Assembly: GCA_024405635.1 (NCBI GenBank)
Contig: JAKSOL010000002.1
Location: 1-64,000, forward strand
Direction: 5' to 3'
DNA from: Salinivirgaceae bacterium
GTDB lineage: Bacteria > Bacteroidota > Bacteroidia > Bacteroidales > SZUA-534
Length of the DNA: 64,000 bases
The notes under the pieces are model-generated. The model did not search any database. It saw only the letters and a list, made by a program, of their open reading frames with translations, and was not told the origin of the DNA. The position numbers and the translations under genes were made by a program. Below, piece by piece: positions 38,772 to 48,023 of this stretch (position 1 is its first letter; each line of letters begins with the position of its first letter).

Positions 38772-39785
38772 ATGAAGAATCAGCATAAAAAACTATCGCT
38801 AAAAAGTAGGTTGGCTTATTTCCGCATTTGGCAAGTATCAGGTCAAATGATTGGTCGTAGCAACAGTATTATTTACGAGCGTTGCGAGTGCGTTAACTGT
38901 GGCGAAATGTTTAATGGCAACTACTGCCCAAACTGTGGCCAAAGCGCAAAAGAGAAACGTCTTACTTTGCGTAGTGCATTCGAAAACTTGTTTTCGCTGT
39001 TACTTAATACCGACAAGGGATTTGTTTACACGTTGCTGTGCCTTATTTTTAGGCCAGGCTACATGATTCTTGACTATATAAGAGGCAAGCGGGCGCGTTA
39101 CACACGGCCAGTTCAGTTGCTGTTTTTTACGGTTACCATTTTTTTTGTAATCGATTATGTAGCAAACTTGTCGTTTAATATTGGCCAAAGCATAAACGAT
39201 TATTTGGACAAGGTGGTTGAAGATGTGCATACCGATACTTTGGCAAACACCGATACACACAACATGGCTTTGGTGTCGCAGTTCCCGCAATATGTTGAAC
39301 CAGACTCGTTGCACATTAGCAACAAAACAAAGGTTGTGATTAGAGACGATAACAATGGCAACGAGTTCTTGCTAAACATGGCTGCAGTGGGTGCAATAAT
39401 TGAGAGTATTAAGAGTTGGGTTGTTAATCACATGGGAGTGGTGGCATTGCTCATAATGCTGTTTCTTATTTTCCCCATGTGGATTAGCTATAGAACTACA
39501 AATGTTGGCAAAACGCTGAATTTAACAGAATGTTTCTTTGCTATTGTTTTTATGGGTAGCCAGGCTTTCCTATTGCGATTGATATTGTTTGCGGTACCAA
39601 ACGGAATAATGTTGTTTATAGTTTATCCGATAATGTTTATATGCAATTGCCATCAATTATATAGAATATCGTGGAAGAGCAGCTTAAAGCGAATGTTGCT
39701 ATTCTCGTTCCTAATGTTTATTGAGTTTGTGGTAGTAGTGACAGTGGTGTCTTTTTTTGCCGAGTATATTTTTGACAGTTTGTAA
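38772..39785 (+). CDS. DUF3667-domain membrane protein with zinc ribbon
   Basis: CVNCG...YCPNCGQ, LIFRPG...DYIRGKRARYTRP, multiple TM segments; start uncertain (38745 or 38772). Confidence 0.8.
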   Translation: MKNQHKKLSLKSRLAYFRIWQVSGQMIGRSNSIIYERCECVNCGEMFNGNYCPNCGQSAKEKRLTLRSAFENLFSLLLNTDKGFVYTLLCLIFRPGYMILDYIRGKRARYTRPVQLLFFTVTIFFVIDYVANLSFNIGQSINDYLDKVVEDVHTDTLANTDTHNMALVSQFPQYVEPDSLHISNKTKVVIRDDNNGNEFLLNMAAVGAIIESIKSWVVNHMGVVALLIMLFLIFPMWISYRTTNVGKTLNLTECFFAIVFMGSQAFLLRLILFAVPNGIMLFIVYPIMFICNCHQLYRISWKSSLKRMLLFSFLMFIEFVVVVTVVSFFAEYIFDSL

Positions 39786-39841
39786 GCAGGTTGAATTTGC
39801 AATTTTCATGACTATTGAAGAGCATTTTGGCGAAAAAGGGC

Positions 39842-42190
39842 CTATTGCACAAAAAATATGCGCTTTACTTGATTTCCCCAAGTGTCGGTTATTGTTAAAA
39901 CATGACGGCCGGGCTCGGTGCTAACAGCCATTTCGTGGTTTGTGTTGGTTTGTCCGATGAAAAAACTATCGATGCTCCAATAAATGGTTTCGTTGGAATT
40001 GGAGTGCGTTGCTCTAAACACAAATTTCCCCTTTTCGCCAGAAAAGCCTTTGGTTTTAACCAAAATAGCTCCGTTTTCGGGATAAACAATTTGCATGGTT
40101 GATTGCATATCGGTGTTGCAGTCGGGATGATAAGGTGGCAGTGCTTTGTAATCGAGATGACATAAACTATAGTAGTGGGCCATTGTTGGAGGCAAGGTAA
40201 ACCACGAAGTGTTAAATATTTCAGAAGCTGGCATACACGATGTGTTAACTCTGTATTTGCAGTCGGGAGTTAGGTGAACAAGGTGGTGGTAAGGGCAAAT
40301 TTCAGTTTCTTTTCCCACCTCTAAAAAAGTAAGGCTGTCAACCTCTTCGCATAACGAAGTGGCAATGTGTCCGCTTTTTCGGCAAACTGGAATAATATCC
40401 ATTTCGGCATAAGGCATTTCAAACCATTCGGAGTGCGGTAGTTTTGAAAAAACCGAAAACATAATGGGAGCGGCAAACCCAACGCCAGTCATTCCAAAGC
40501 GACCTTCGCCATCGGCATTGCCAACCCAAACGCCAACAACATAATTGGGTGTAACTCCAATTGACCAAGCATCTCTTGCTCCGTAGCTTGTGCCAGTTTT
40601 CCACGCTATTTTTTTCATGCTGTTGAAATAGTGCCAGTCGGCCTCCTCTTCAGGTCGGCTCAAATCGGCCATAGCTTCAAAGGTTAGGTAAATGGCTCCA
40701 GCACTAAATGTTGCGTTGTTGGCCCATTGTGGTTTTTTATCTTCAACGGGCTCAAATGTAAGAGGATGTAAGTTGTTAAGGTTGTATTTACGGTCGTGTT
40801 GGTTAAACGTGTTTAGTATTCGGGCCATTGATGCGTATGTTCCGCACAAGTCCCATAGGTTTACTTCGGCACCTCCCAATATGAGCGACGCGCCATAGTG
40901 GTCGGCATCAAAAGGCATGGTGGTTAATCCAATTTTTCGTAAAAACGAAAGGAACCTGCCTACTGAATATTTTTGCAATAAACGCACCATTGGAACATTT
41001 AACGATTGAATAAGTGCGTTTGATGCGGGAACAGCTCCGCAAAAAGTCTTGCTGTAGTTTTGTGGAGTAAATCCGCTAATGTTGGTTGGAATGTCGGGTA
41101 CAAGAGTTGTGGGCAAAATGGCGCCGTCTTGTAACAAAGCCGAATACAGAAAAGGTTTAAGAATGCTACCCGACGAACGTGGAGCAGTAATAACATCAAC
41201 TTGGTTGCCGTGCTTTTCGTCGGCAGGTAGAGTGGTGTTTCCGCAGTAAGCCACCACATTGCCAGTTTTTACCTCGCAAACAATCACAGCAGCGTTGTGT
41301 ATTTGGTTGGTCTTGTACTTTTCAACATAATAGTTTAGCGTGGCTTGTGTGTTTTGTTGCAAGTTGGTTTGCAAAGTTGTGCAAATGTTGCGCCCAGGAG
41401 TTTTTGAATTAACCTTGTCGAGCAGGTGTGGAGCAAAGTTTGGCAACGGTTTAGGCGCAAGCACCAAATTTTCGGATATTGAAAGGTTGTAGGTTTCGTT
41501 GTCAATAATTTTTGCTTGGTTGAGTTTGCTAAGCAAAAAATTTCTTTTTCGTAGCAACTGATCTCTGTTTTTCCCAGGATGCACAAGTGCTGGTGAGTTT
41601 GGCAAAACGGCAAGAGTAGCCGCCTCGGCCCACGAAAGTTGATCGGCGCTTCGGCCAAAATATCGCCACGACGAAGCCGAAATGCCTATTGTGTTTCCAC
41701 CAAAAGGAGCATGCGAAACATACATCGATAGTATTTCGTCTTTGCTATAAGCAAGTTCGATGTATAAGGCACGCCAAGCTTCTTTAATTTTTTGCAACAA
41801 GGTTCGGCGAGTGGTGCCAAACGATAGCCGCGATACTTGCATTGTGATGGTGCTGCCGCCCGACACTACCTTGTGTTGTGTAATGTTTTGTTTTACAGCC
41901 CTTGCCATGGCAAAAATGTCGATGCCAAAGTGCCAGTAAAAGCGTTTGTCTTCGTATTCAATTAAGCACTGTTTTATTTTTTGCGGAACGGTGTCGATTG
42001 GAGGAAAACGCCATTGCTCGTCGCTCGATAGTCGGGCGCCAAGTAAATCGCCCTCAGCCGATGTTAATATGGTTGCATAGTTGTTTGGAAATAGTTTTTT
42101 TGGCGATGTGGCTACCAAAGCTATCACCAAAATTAATATGGCAATTGCAACGGCAGATACTAGCTTAACAATGTTGTTTCTTAACACCAC
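39842..42190 (-). CDS. pbpC: Penicillin-binding protein 1C
   Basis: DEQWRF, EDKRFYWHFG, SGGSTITMQ, RSSGSILKPF, WKTGTSYG.RDAW, C-terminal PBP1C domain. Confidence 0.95.
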   Translation of the reverse strand: MVLRNNIVKLVSAVAIAILILVIALVATSPKKLFPNNYATILTSAEGDLLGARLSSDEQWRFPPIDTVPQKIKQCLIEYEDKRFYWHFGIDIFAMARAVKQNITQHKVVSGGSTITMQVSRLSFGTTRRTLLQKIKEAWRALYIELAYSKDEILSMYVSHAPFGGNTIGISASSWRYFGRSADQLSWAEAATLAVLPNSPALVHPGKNRDQLLRKRNFLLSKLNQAKIIDNETYNLSISENLVLAPKPLPNFAPHLLDKVNSKTPGRNICTTLQTNLQQNTQATLNYYVEKYKTNQIHNAAVIVCEVKTGNVVAYCGNTTLPADEKHGNQVDVITAPRSSGSILKPFLYSALLQDGAILPTTLVPDIPTNISGFTPQNYSKTFCGAVPASNALIQSLNVPMVRLLQKYSVGRFLSFLRKIGLTTMPFDADHYGASLILGGAEVNLWDLCGTYASMARILNTFNQHDRKYNLNNLHPLTFEPVEDKKPQWANNATFSAGAIYLTFEAMADLSRPEEEADWHYFNSMKKIAWKTGTSYGARDAWSIGVTPNYVVGVWVGNADGEGRFGMTGVGFAAPIMFSVFSKLPHSEWFEMPYAEMDIIPVCRKSGHIATSLCEEVDSLTFLEVGKETEICPYHHLVHLTPDCKYRVNTSCMPASEIFNTSWFTLPPTMAHYYSLCHLDYKALPPYHPDCNTDMQSTMQIVYPENGAILVKTKGFSGEKGKFVFRATHSNSNETIYWSIDSFFIGQTNTNHEMAVSTEPGRHVLTITDTWGNQVKRIFFVQ

Positions 42191-42216
42191 TCCAATACAT
42201 TTAGTTGATTGTGTGA

Positions 42217-42277
42217 CAAAAGTATATTTTGAAATACAACAAGAAAATTTTTTGCAGCCGCGCTTTTCTTATATTTG
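42217..42277. promoter_or_regulatory. Back-to-back -7 promoter boxes for pbpC (-) and alpha-2-macroglobulin (+)
   Basis: CAAAAGTA at 42217-24 (TACTTTTG on the minus strand) and TATATTTG at 42270-77 on the plus strand. Confidence 0.6.
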
Positions 42278-42298
42278 GCGGCAAAACAATTAATAATC

Positions 42299-45200
42299 AT
42301 GAAACGGCTATTATTCTATTTGGCAGTGGTTGCTGTTTTGGCAGTTTGTGCATCGTGCTCAAAATCAAAAAGCAAAAGCAGCAACGAGGTTTTGTACAAC
42401 CAATATGTTGAGGCGTTTACACCAAACAAAATTTCGAGAAACGAAAACATTATGGTCAAGTTGTCGAAACCAGTTAACGAGGATCTTCAACTGTCGGGTG
42501 GATGGACCCGCTATTTTGTTATTTCTCCGTCAATTAAGGTTAAATACTCGTTGGAAGAAAATGGCACATTGCTAGTAATGTCGCCCGAAAAACCAATAAA
42601 ATCAAATAAGACATATACCGTAACATTGGATCTTAAAAAATTGGTTGGCGCCAAAGCTCCCGAAAACGAGTTTAGCTTTAAGGTTGCGGCCAAAGATTGG
42701 TATGCAAAAGCCAGTTTTAAGGAGCCAAGCATCGATCCTGATAGAGATGACAGTTATCAGTTGCAGTTAACTATTACAACAAACGGTTTTGAAGATGCCG
42801 AGACTGTTGAAAAATGCGGTGAGTTTGACAATGATTTTGCAGCCATAAAATGGACTCACAGCGCCGATGGTAAAACTCACAATGCTGTTATTTATGGCAT
42901 ACCTGCCAAAAAGTATAGCTACGACTTTGTTTATAAATACACTTCCGAAGCAAAAAAGAGTAAAGAAACAATTAGAAAAATTATTCCAGCTGCCGAAAAA
43001 TTCGATGTTTGGCAATGTTCGTTGGTAACCGACAATGGCCGATATATTGAGGTGGCGTTCAACAAAAAACTTGACCCGTCGCAAGATATTAAAGGCCTTG
43101 TGTATATTGTTGGATACGAGTCAACTCCGTATGAAATTGACGTTAACAAAATTAGGTTCTATTACGACCAATCGTTAAAAGGACAGTTGTCGGTTTTTGT
43201 GAGCCAAGAATTGCATAGCCACGACTACAAAAATCTTGAGAGCGACCAAGTTTTTAAAATTGACCTTGGTGGAGATAAACCAGAATTGGCCTTTGTAAAA
43301 ACAGGTTCGTTGGTGCCAATCAGCGACAAAATAATGATACCATTTAAAGCTACATATTACCGTGGTGCAGTGGTGCGCATTATTAAAATTAAGGAGAAAA
43401 ACATTGGGCAATTCTTACAAGTAAACACAATTTCGGGCTCAAACGAACTAAAACGTGTTGGAAGGCTTGTTGCTCGTAAAACTATTTTTTTCGACGACGA
43501 GAATCTAAACCTATCAAATACACACACATACGCGCTAAACCTTAGCGACTTTATTGAACCAGAACCCGGAGCCATTTACAGAGTTGAACTTTCGGTTGAC
43601 AAGAGTTTTTCAACCTATCCAGGCGTAAACGAAAAATTTAGGTCGAAGGAAGAAATTCAGTCAAACGACATGTCAAACGAAGAATATGAAGCTCAAAAGT
43701 ACGACAACGTTGACAATAGCTCATATTACTACTATGACGACGATTATGACTACTACTACAGAAGCTCCGATCCGGCCGACGATTCGTACTATATAAATAG
43801 AAAATACAGCATCAACGTGTTGGCTACCAATTTGGGCATTGTTGTTAAATCGGGTAGAGCATCGTCAATGAAAGTGTTTGTAAGCAATTTGGTTACAACC
43901 GATGCCGAACCAGATGTTGAATTGAAGGCTTACAATTATCAAAACGAAGAAATAGCATCGGCAAAAACCAATTCCGATGGAGTTGCCGATTTAGAATATA
44001 CAAAAAGCCGTCCGTTCCTTATTGTTGCATCAAAAGACAAGCAACGCGCCTACATACGTGTCGATGGCGGTTCGGCATTGTCAACCAGCGATTTTAATGT
44101 TGGTGGCAATGTGCTTCAACGTGGAATAAAGGGCTTTATTTATGGCGAACGCGGTGTTTGGCGACCAGGCGACACCTTGCATTTGTCGTTTATGATGAAC
44201 GACCGACAAGGTTCAACTCCCGATAACTTTCCTGTTACTCTTTCGTTATACACTCCGCTTGGCCAGCAATACGCAATCAAAACTTCAACAACAAGTTGCA
44301 TGGGCCTTTATACATTCAACATTCCAACCGATGTTGAGGCAAGTACTGGTGAGTGGCGAGTGCATGTTCAAGCTGGTGGCGCCGACTTTAGCAAGACTAT
44401 TAGAATTGAAACCGTAAAACCAAATAGATTAAAAATTAAGCTTGATGTTGATAAAATGGTAACCGATAAATCAACAACAAGTATTCATGGCGAATGGCTA
44501 AACGGCAATCCTGTACGTGGTTTAAAGTACGACATTACTCCAACTTTTTCGCGCTATAAAACTCGTTTTGACGATTATGCCGACTATGTGTTTGAGGACA
44601 ATATGAATCAGTTTACATCAGAAACCGTAAACATGGTTGAAGGTAAATTGGACAGTCTTGGCAACGCAAGCATTAAATTGAAATTTGATATATCGAAAAA
44701 AGCGCCTGGCAAATTAAACATGGCCCTTTCAACCAAAATGTACGAGCTATCGGGCGACTTTAGCATAAACGGAATATCAACCATTTACTCGCCATTTAGC
44801 CGTTACATTGGATTAAAGTTGCCCGAACCCGATAACCGATATGGTTGGTATAATACAGGCCAAACTAAACAACAATTTAGCATTGTTGCGGTTGATGCCA
44901 ATGGCAAACCATTGCCCTCGGTTGAGTGTGTTGTTAAAGTTTACAAACTACGCTATTGGTGGTGGTGGGACTCTGCCGATGGCGATGTGGCTGAGTATGT
45001 CAACGATAAATATCTTGAACCAGTTGATGAACGAAAAGTAGTAACCGATAGCAAAGGCCTAGCTAATTTTGCGTTTGGCGCAAACGACGATAATTGGGGA
45101 TCGTACTACATTAAGGTTACTGATGTAAAAGGTGGTCACTCAACCGGAAACAGAGTTTATTTTGATTGGCCAATGGGTAACCCACGTCAACTTGGAAACG

Positions 45201-47818
45201 GATCGTCGGCTACAGTTTTGCCAATGTCGGTTGACAAAGATAAATACGCTCCTGGCGAATTGGCAATGTTGTCGTTTAATGCCGAAGTGGGCTCAACTGC
45301 TATTTTGAGCATCGAAAATGGAACAAAAGTGCTATCGGCTCGCCGTTATAAAATAACCGAAGAGAATGCAACAATTCCAGTTGAAGTAACCTCTGAAATG
45401 GCTCCAAACGTGTATTTGCATGTAACTCTTATTCAGCAATACGAAAAAACCAAAAACGATTTGCCAATAAGGTTGTATGGCATTATTCCTTTAACTGTTG
45501 ACGACCCTGCAAGCCATTTGCATCCAGTTATTTCAATGAAAGATGAAATACGATCTGAAGAGTGGTATCAAATTGATGTTAAGGAAGAAAATGGTCGTCC
45601 AATGGCATATTCGCTTGCTGTGGTTGACGAAGGTTTGCTTGACTTAACAAACTTTAAAACTCCCGAACCTTGGAAAGCCTTTAATGGCAAGGAGGCGCTT
45701 GGCGTTAAAACATGGGACGTGTATAACAACGTGCTTGGCGCTTATGGCGGAAAAATTGATCAGCTATTTTCAATTGGTGGCGACGACGCTGAAGGCTTAG
45801 GCAAGGGTAAGGGCCTGGTTAATAGGTTCCGTCCTGTTGTTGAGTTTATTGGCCCAATTTCGCTCAACAAAAATTCAACTAACACACATAAGTTCTACAT
45901 GCCTAACTACACAGGTAAGGTTAAAGTGATGGTTATTGCAACCGATGGTAAAGCCTTTGGAAACACCGACAAGGGTGTGGCAGTAAAGAAACCATTGCTA
46001 GTTCTTGGCACTTTGCCTCGCCTAATTGGTTGCAACGAAGATGTGATTGTTCCTGCAACTGTATTTGCTACAAAACCAGGAATGGGAAATGTTAAGGTTT
46101 TGATTGAAGTGTCAGATGGTATGGAAATTATTGGCGACAAGCAAAAAACCGTATATCTTGATGCTATTGGCGATAAAACAACCAACTTCCACATAAAAGC
46201 AAAGGGCAAGGCCATGAAGGGAGTTGTGCGAATTGTTTGCGAAGCCAAAGGTGAATCGGCATCGTATGGAACCGAAATTGATATCCAAAACCGCGATTTG
46301 GAATTTAGCAAGGTTGATGGTTTTGTAATAAAACCAGGCGAGAGCATTGATGTAACACCTGAGGCTTTTGGAATTTTAGGCACTAATGGTCTTGATGTTG
46401 AGGCCACAACTGCCTTGCCAATGAATTTGAACGAACGATTGAAAATGCTAATTGGCTACCCTCACGGATGTATTGAGCAAACCACATCAAAAGTTTTTGC
46501 TCAACTATTATTGTCAGACGTGTGCAAATTGTCAAAAACAAAAGCGATTGATGTTCAGGTTAATGTTCAAGCTGGGTTAAACAAATACCGTTCATTTATG
46601 ACAGCCGAAGGTGGCCTTGCATACTGGTCTGGCGGTACTAAACCAAACAAATGGGGTAGCATTTATGCCATGCATTGCCTAACCATAGCCGAAGAACAAG
46701 GATATCGCTTGCCCGATGGAATGAAAACATCGTTGCTTAATTATTTGAAAAGAGTGGCAAGTGATAGATATTCAAGTAAATACGGCTATTACTCAAACGA
46801 AACAACTTTGGCATATTGCCTATATGTACTTGCGCTTAACCATCAAGCCGACTTGGGTACAATGAACTGGCTGAAGGAGAAAGACAATGTTAATGGCAAC
46901 GCAAAATACTTGCTGGCAGGTGCTTACGCATTGGCCGGCCGTACCGATATCGCAAAATCGTTGTTGTCATACATTAAAACGCCACAAGTTAGCCCAAGCG
47001 ACGATATGACTTTTGGAAGCGAAGAACGCGACAAAGCCTTGGCTGCTGTGGTTCTTACCGATATGAGTGAACTTGAAGATGCTATGCCTTATCTTGAGGC
47101 AATTTCCGAACGCTTGTCTTCCAACGAATGGATGAGTACACAATCAACTGCATTCTGCTTGTTTGCAATGTCGCATTTCTATAAAAAAGCCGGTAAACCT
47201 GAGCCTATTAACTTTAAATACAAATACAATGGCAAGGGCGAAACCATTAAAGATGGAGAGACTATTACATGGACAACCAAACTGGCTGAAAATGTTGATA
47301 GCTTTAAAAAACTTGAAATAACAAATCAAGGAAATAGCTCTTTGTTTGTTAAGATTAGACAGTCGGGTATTCCAACTCGTAGCGAGATTGCTGAAAATCA
47401 CAACAATATTACCGTATCTGTGCAATATATGATGAACAACAATTTTGCTGACTATAAGAATTTGCCACAAGGCACAAACTTTATAGCAAATGTAACCGTT
47501 CATAATATCTCAAACTACGACATCAAGAATATCGCCATTGAGCAGTATATACCTTCGGGTTGGGAAATACTTAACGATAGATTTATCAATGGTTTTGAAG
47601 AAGCTAACAACACATTGTCGTATCAAGATATTCGCGACGATAGGGTATTTAGTTACATCGATTTGCTGAAAGAAAAGGCAACTGTAATTTTCCAAATAAA
47701 GTTGTGCGCAACATATCCAGGAACTTTCTATTTACCACCAATTAAGGCTTATGCTATGTACGACAACAAGTCGCAAGCTAATACCAGATCGTTCTATGTA
47801 ATTGTTTCAGAAAAGTAA
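42299..47818 (+). CDS. Bacterial alpha-2-macroglobulin lipoprotein
   Basis: Lipoprotein signal (..CASC); ERGVWRPGD (MG2); AVVDEG; thioester motif YPHGCIEQ; DIRDDR. Confidence 0.95.
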   Translation: MKRLLFYLAVVAVLAVCASCSKSKSKSSNEVLYNQYVEAFTPNKISRNENIMVKLSKPVNEDLQLSGGWTRYFVISPSIKVKYSLEENGTLLVMSPEKPIKSNKTYTVTLDLKKLVGAKAPENEFSFKVAAKDWYAKASFKEPSIDPDRDDSYQLQLTITTNGFEDAETVEKCGEFDNDFAAIKWTHSADGKTHNAVIYGIPAKKYSYDFVYKYTSEAKKSKETIRKIIPAAEKFDVWQCSLVTDNGRYIEVAFNKKLDPSQDIKGLVYIVGYESTPYEIDVNKIRFYYDQSLKGQLSVFVSQELHSHDYKNLESDQVFKIDLGGDKPELAFVKTGSLVPISDKIMIPFKATYYRGAVVRIIKIKEKNIGQFLQVNTISGSNELKRVGRLVARKTIFFDDENLNLSNTHTYALNLSDFIEPEPGAIYRVELSVDKSFSTYPGVNEKFRSKEEIQSNDMSNEEYEAQKYDNVDNSSYYYYDDDYDYYYRSSDPADDSYYINRKYSINVLATNLGIVVKSGRASSMKVFVSNLVTTDAEPDVELKAYNYQNEEIASAKTNSDGVADLEYTKSRPFLIVASKDKQRAYIRVDGGSALSTSDFNVGGNVLQRGIKGFIYGERGVWRPGDTLHLSFMMNDRQGSTPDNFPVTLSLYTPLGQQYAIKTSTTSCMGLYTFNIPTDVEASTGEWRVHVQAGGADFSKTIRIETVKPNRLKIKLDVDKMVTDKSTTSIHGEWLNGNPVRGLKYDITPTFSRYKTRFDDYADYVFEDNMNQFTSETVNMVEGKLDSLGNASIKLKFDISKKAPGKLNMALSTKMYELSGDFSINGISTIYSPFSRYIGLKLPEPDNRYGWYNTGQTKQQFSIVAVDANGKPLPSVECVVKVYKLRYWWWWDSADGDVAEYVNDKYLEPVDERKVVTDSKGLANFAFGANDDNWGSYYIKVTDVKGGHSTGNRVYFDWPMGNPRQLGNGSSATVLPMSVDKDKYAPGELAMLSFNAEVGSTAILSIENGTKVLSARRYKITEENATIPVEVTSEMAPNVYLHVTLIQQYEKTKNDLPIRLYGIIPLTVDDPASHLHPVISMKDEIRSEEWYQIDVKEENGRPMAYSLAVVDEGLLDLTNFKTPEPWKAFNGKEALGVKTWDVYNNVLGAYGGKIDQLFSIGGDDAEGLGKGKGLVNRFRPVVEFIGPISLNKNSTNTHKFYMPNYTGKVKVMVIATDGKAFGNTDKGVAVKKPLLVLGTLPRLIGCNEDVIVPATVFATKPGMGNVKVLIEVSDGMEIIGDKQKTVYLDAIGDKTTNFHIKAKGKAMKGVVRIVCEAKGESASYGTEIDIQNRDLEFSKVDGFVIKPGESIDVTPEAFGILGTNGLDVEATTALPMNLNERLKMLIGYPHGCIEQTTSKVFAQLLLSDVCKLSKTKAIDVQVNVQAGLNKYRSFMTAEGGLAYWSGGTKPNKWGSIYAMHCLTIAEEQGYRLPDGMKTSLLNYLKRVASDRYSSKYGYYSNETTLAYCLYVLALNHQADLGTMNWLKEKDNVNGNAKYLLAGAYALAGRTDIAKSLLSYIKTPQVSPSDDMTFGSEERDKALAAVVLTDMSELEDAMPYLEAISERLSSNEWMSTQSTAFCLFAMSHFYKKAGKPEPINFKYKYNGKGETIKDGETITWTTKLAENVDSFKKLEITNQGNSSLFVKIRQSGIPTRSEIAENHNNITVSVQYMMNNNFADYKNLPQGTNFIANVTVHNISNYDIKNIAIEQYIPSGWEILNDRFINGFEEANNTLSYQDIRDDRVFSYIDLLKEKATVIFQIKLCATYPGTFYLPPIKAYAMYDNKSQANTRSFYVIVSEK

Positions 47819-47863
47819 AGTTTGGTAATAATTAAGTAGCTTTTCTTAATACTTAAAAAGTTG

Positions 47864-47908
47864 GCGCTCTTAACAAATTGATATTTAGTTTGTTAAGAGC
47901 GCTTTTTT
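47864..47908 (+). terminator. Rho-independent terminator after alpha-2-macroglobulin
   Basis: GCGCTCTTAACAAATTGA-TAT-TTAGTTTGTTAAGAGCGC followed by a T-tract. Confidence 0.85.
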
Positions 47909-48023
47909 ATGCCCATGGCCGTTTGCCTTTTTCTTGTATCCAAGTGCTTAAATCTCACCGTTTTTTGGAGTAAAAAATTACCTTTGCGAACTTGCTTTAA
48001 AAACAAACAAACAATTACGAAAA

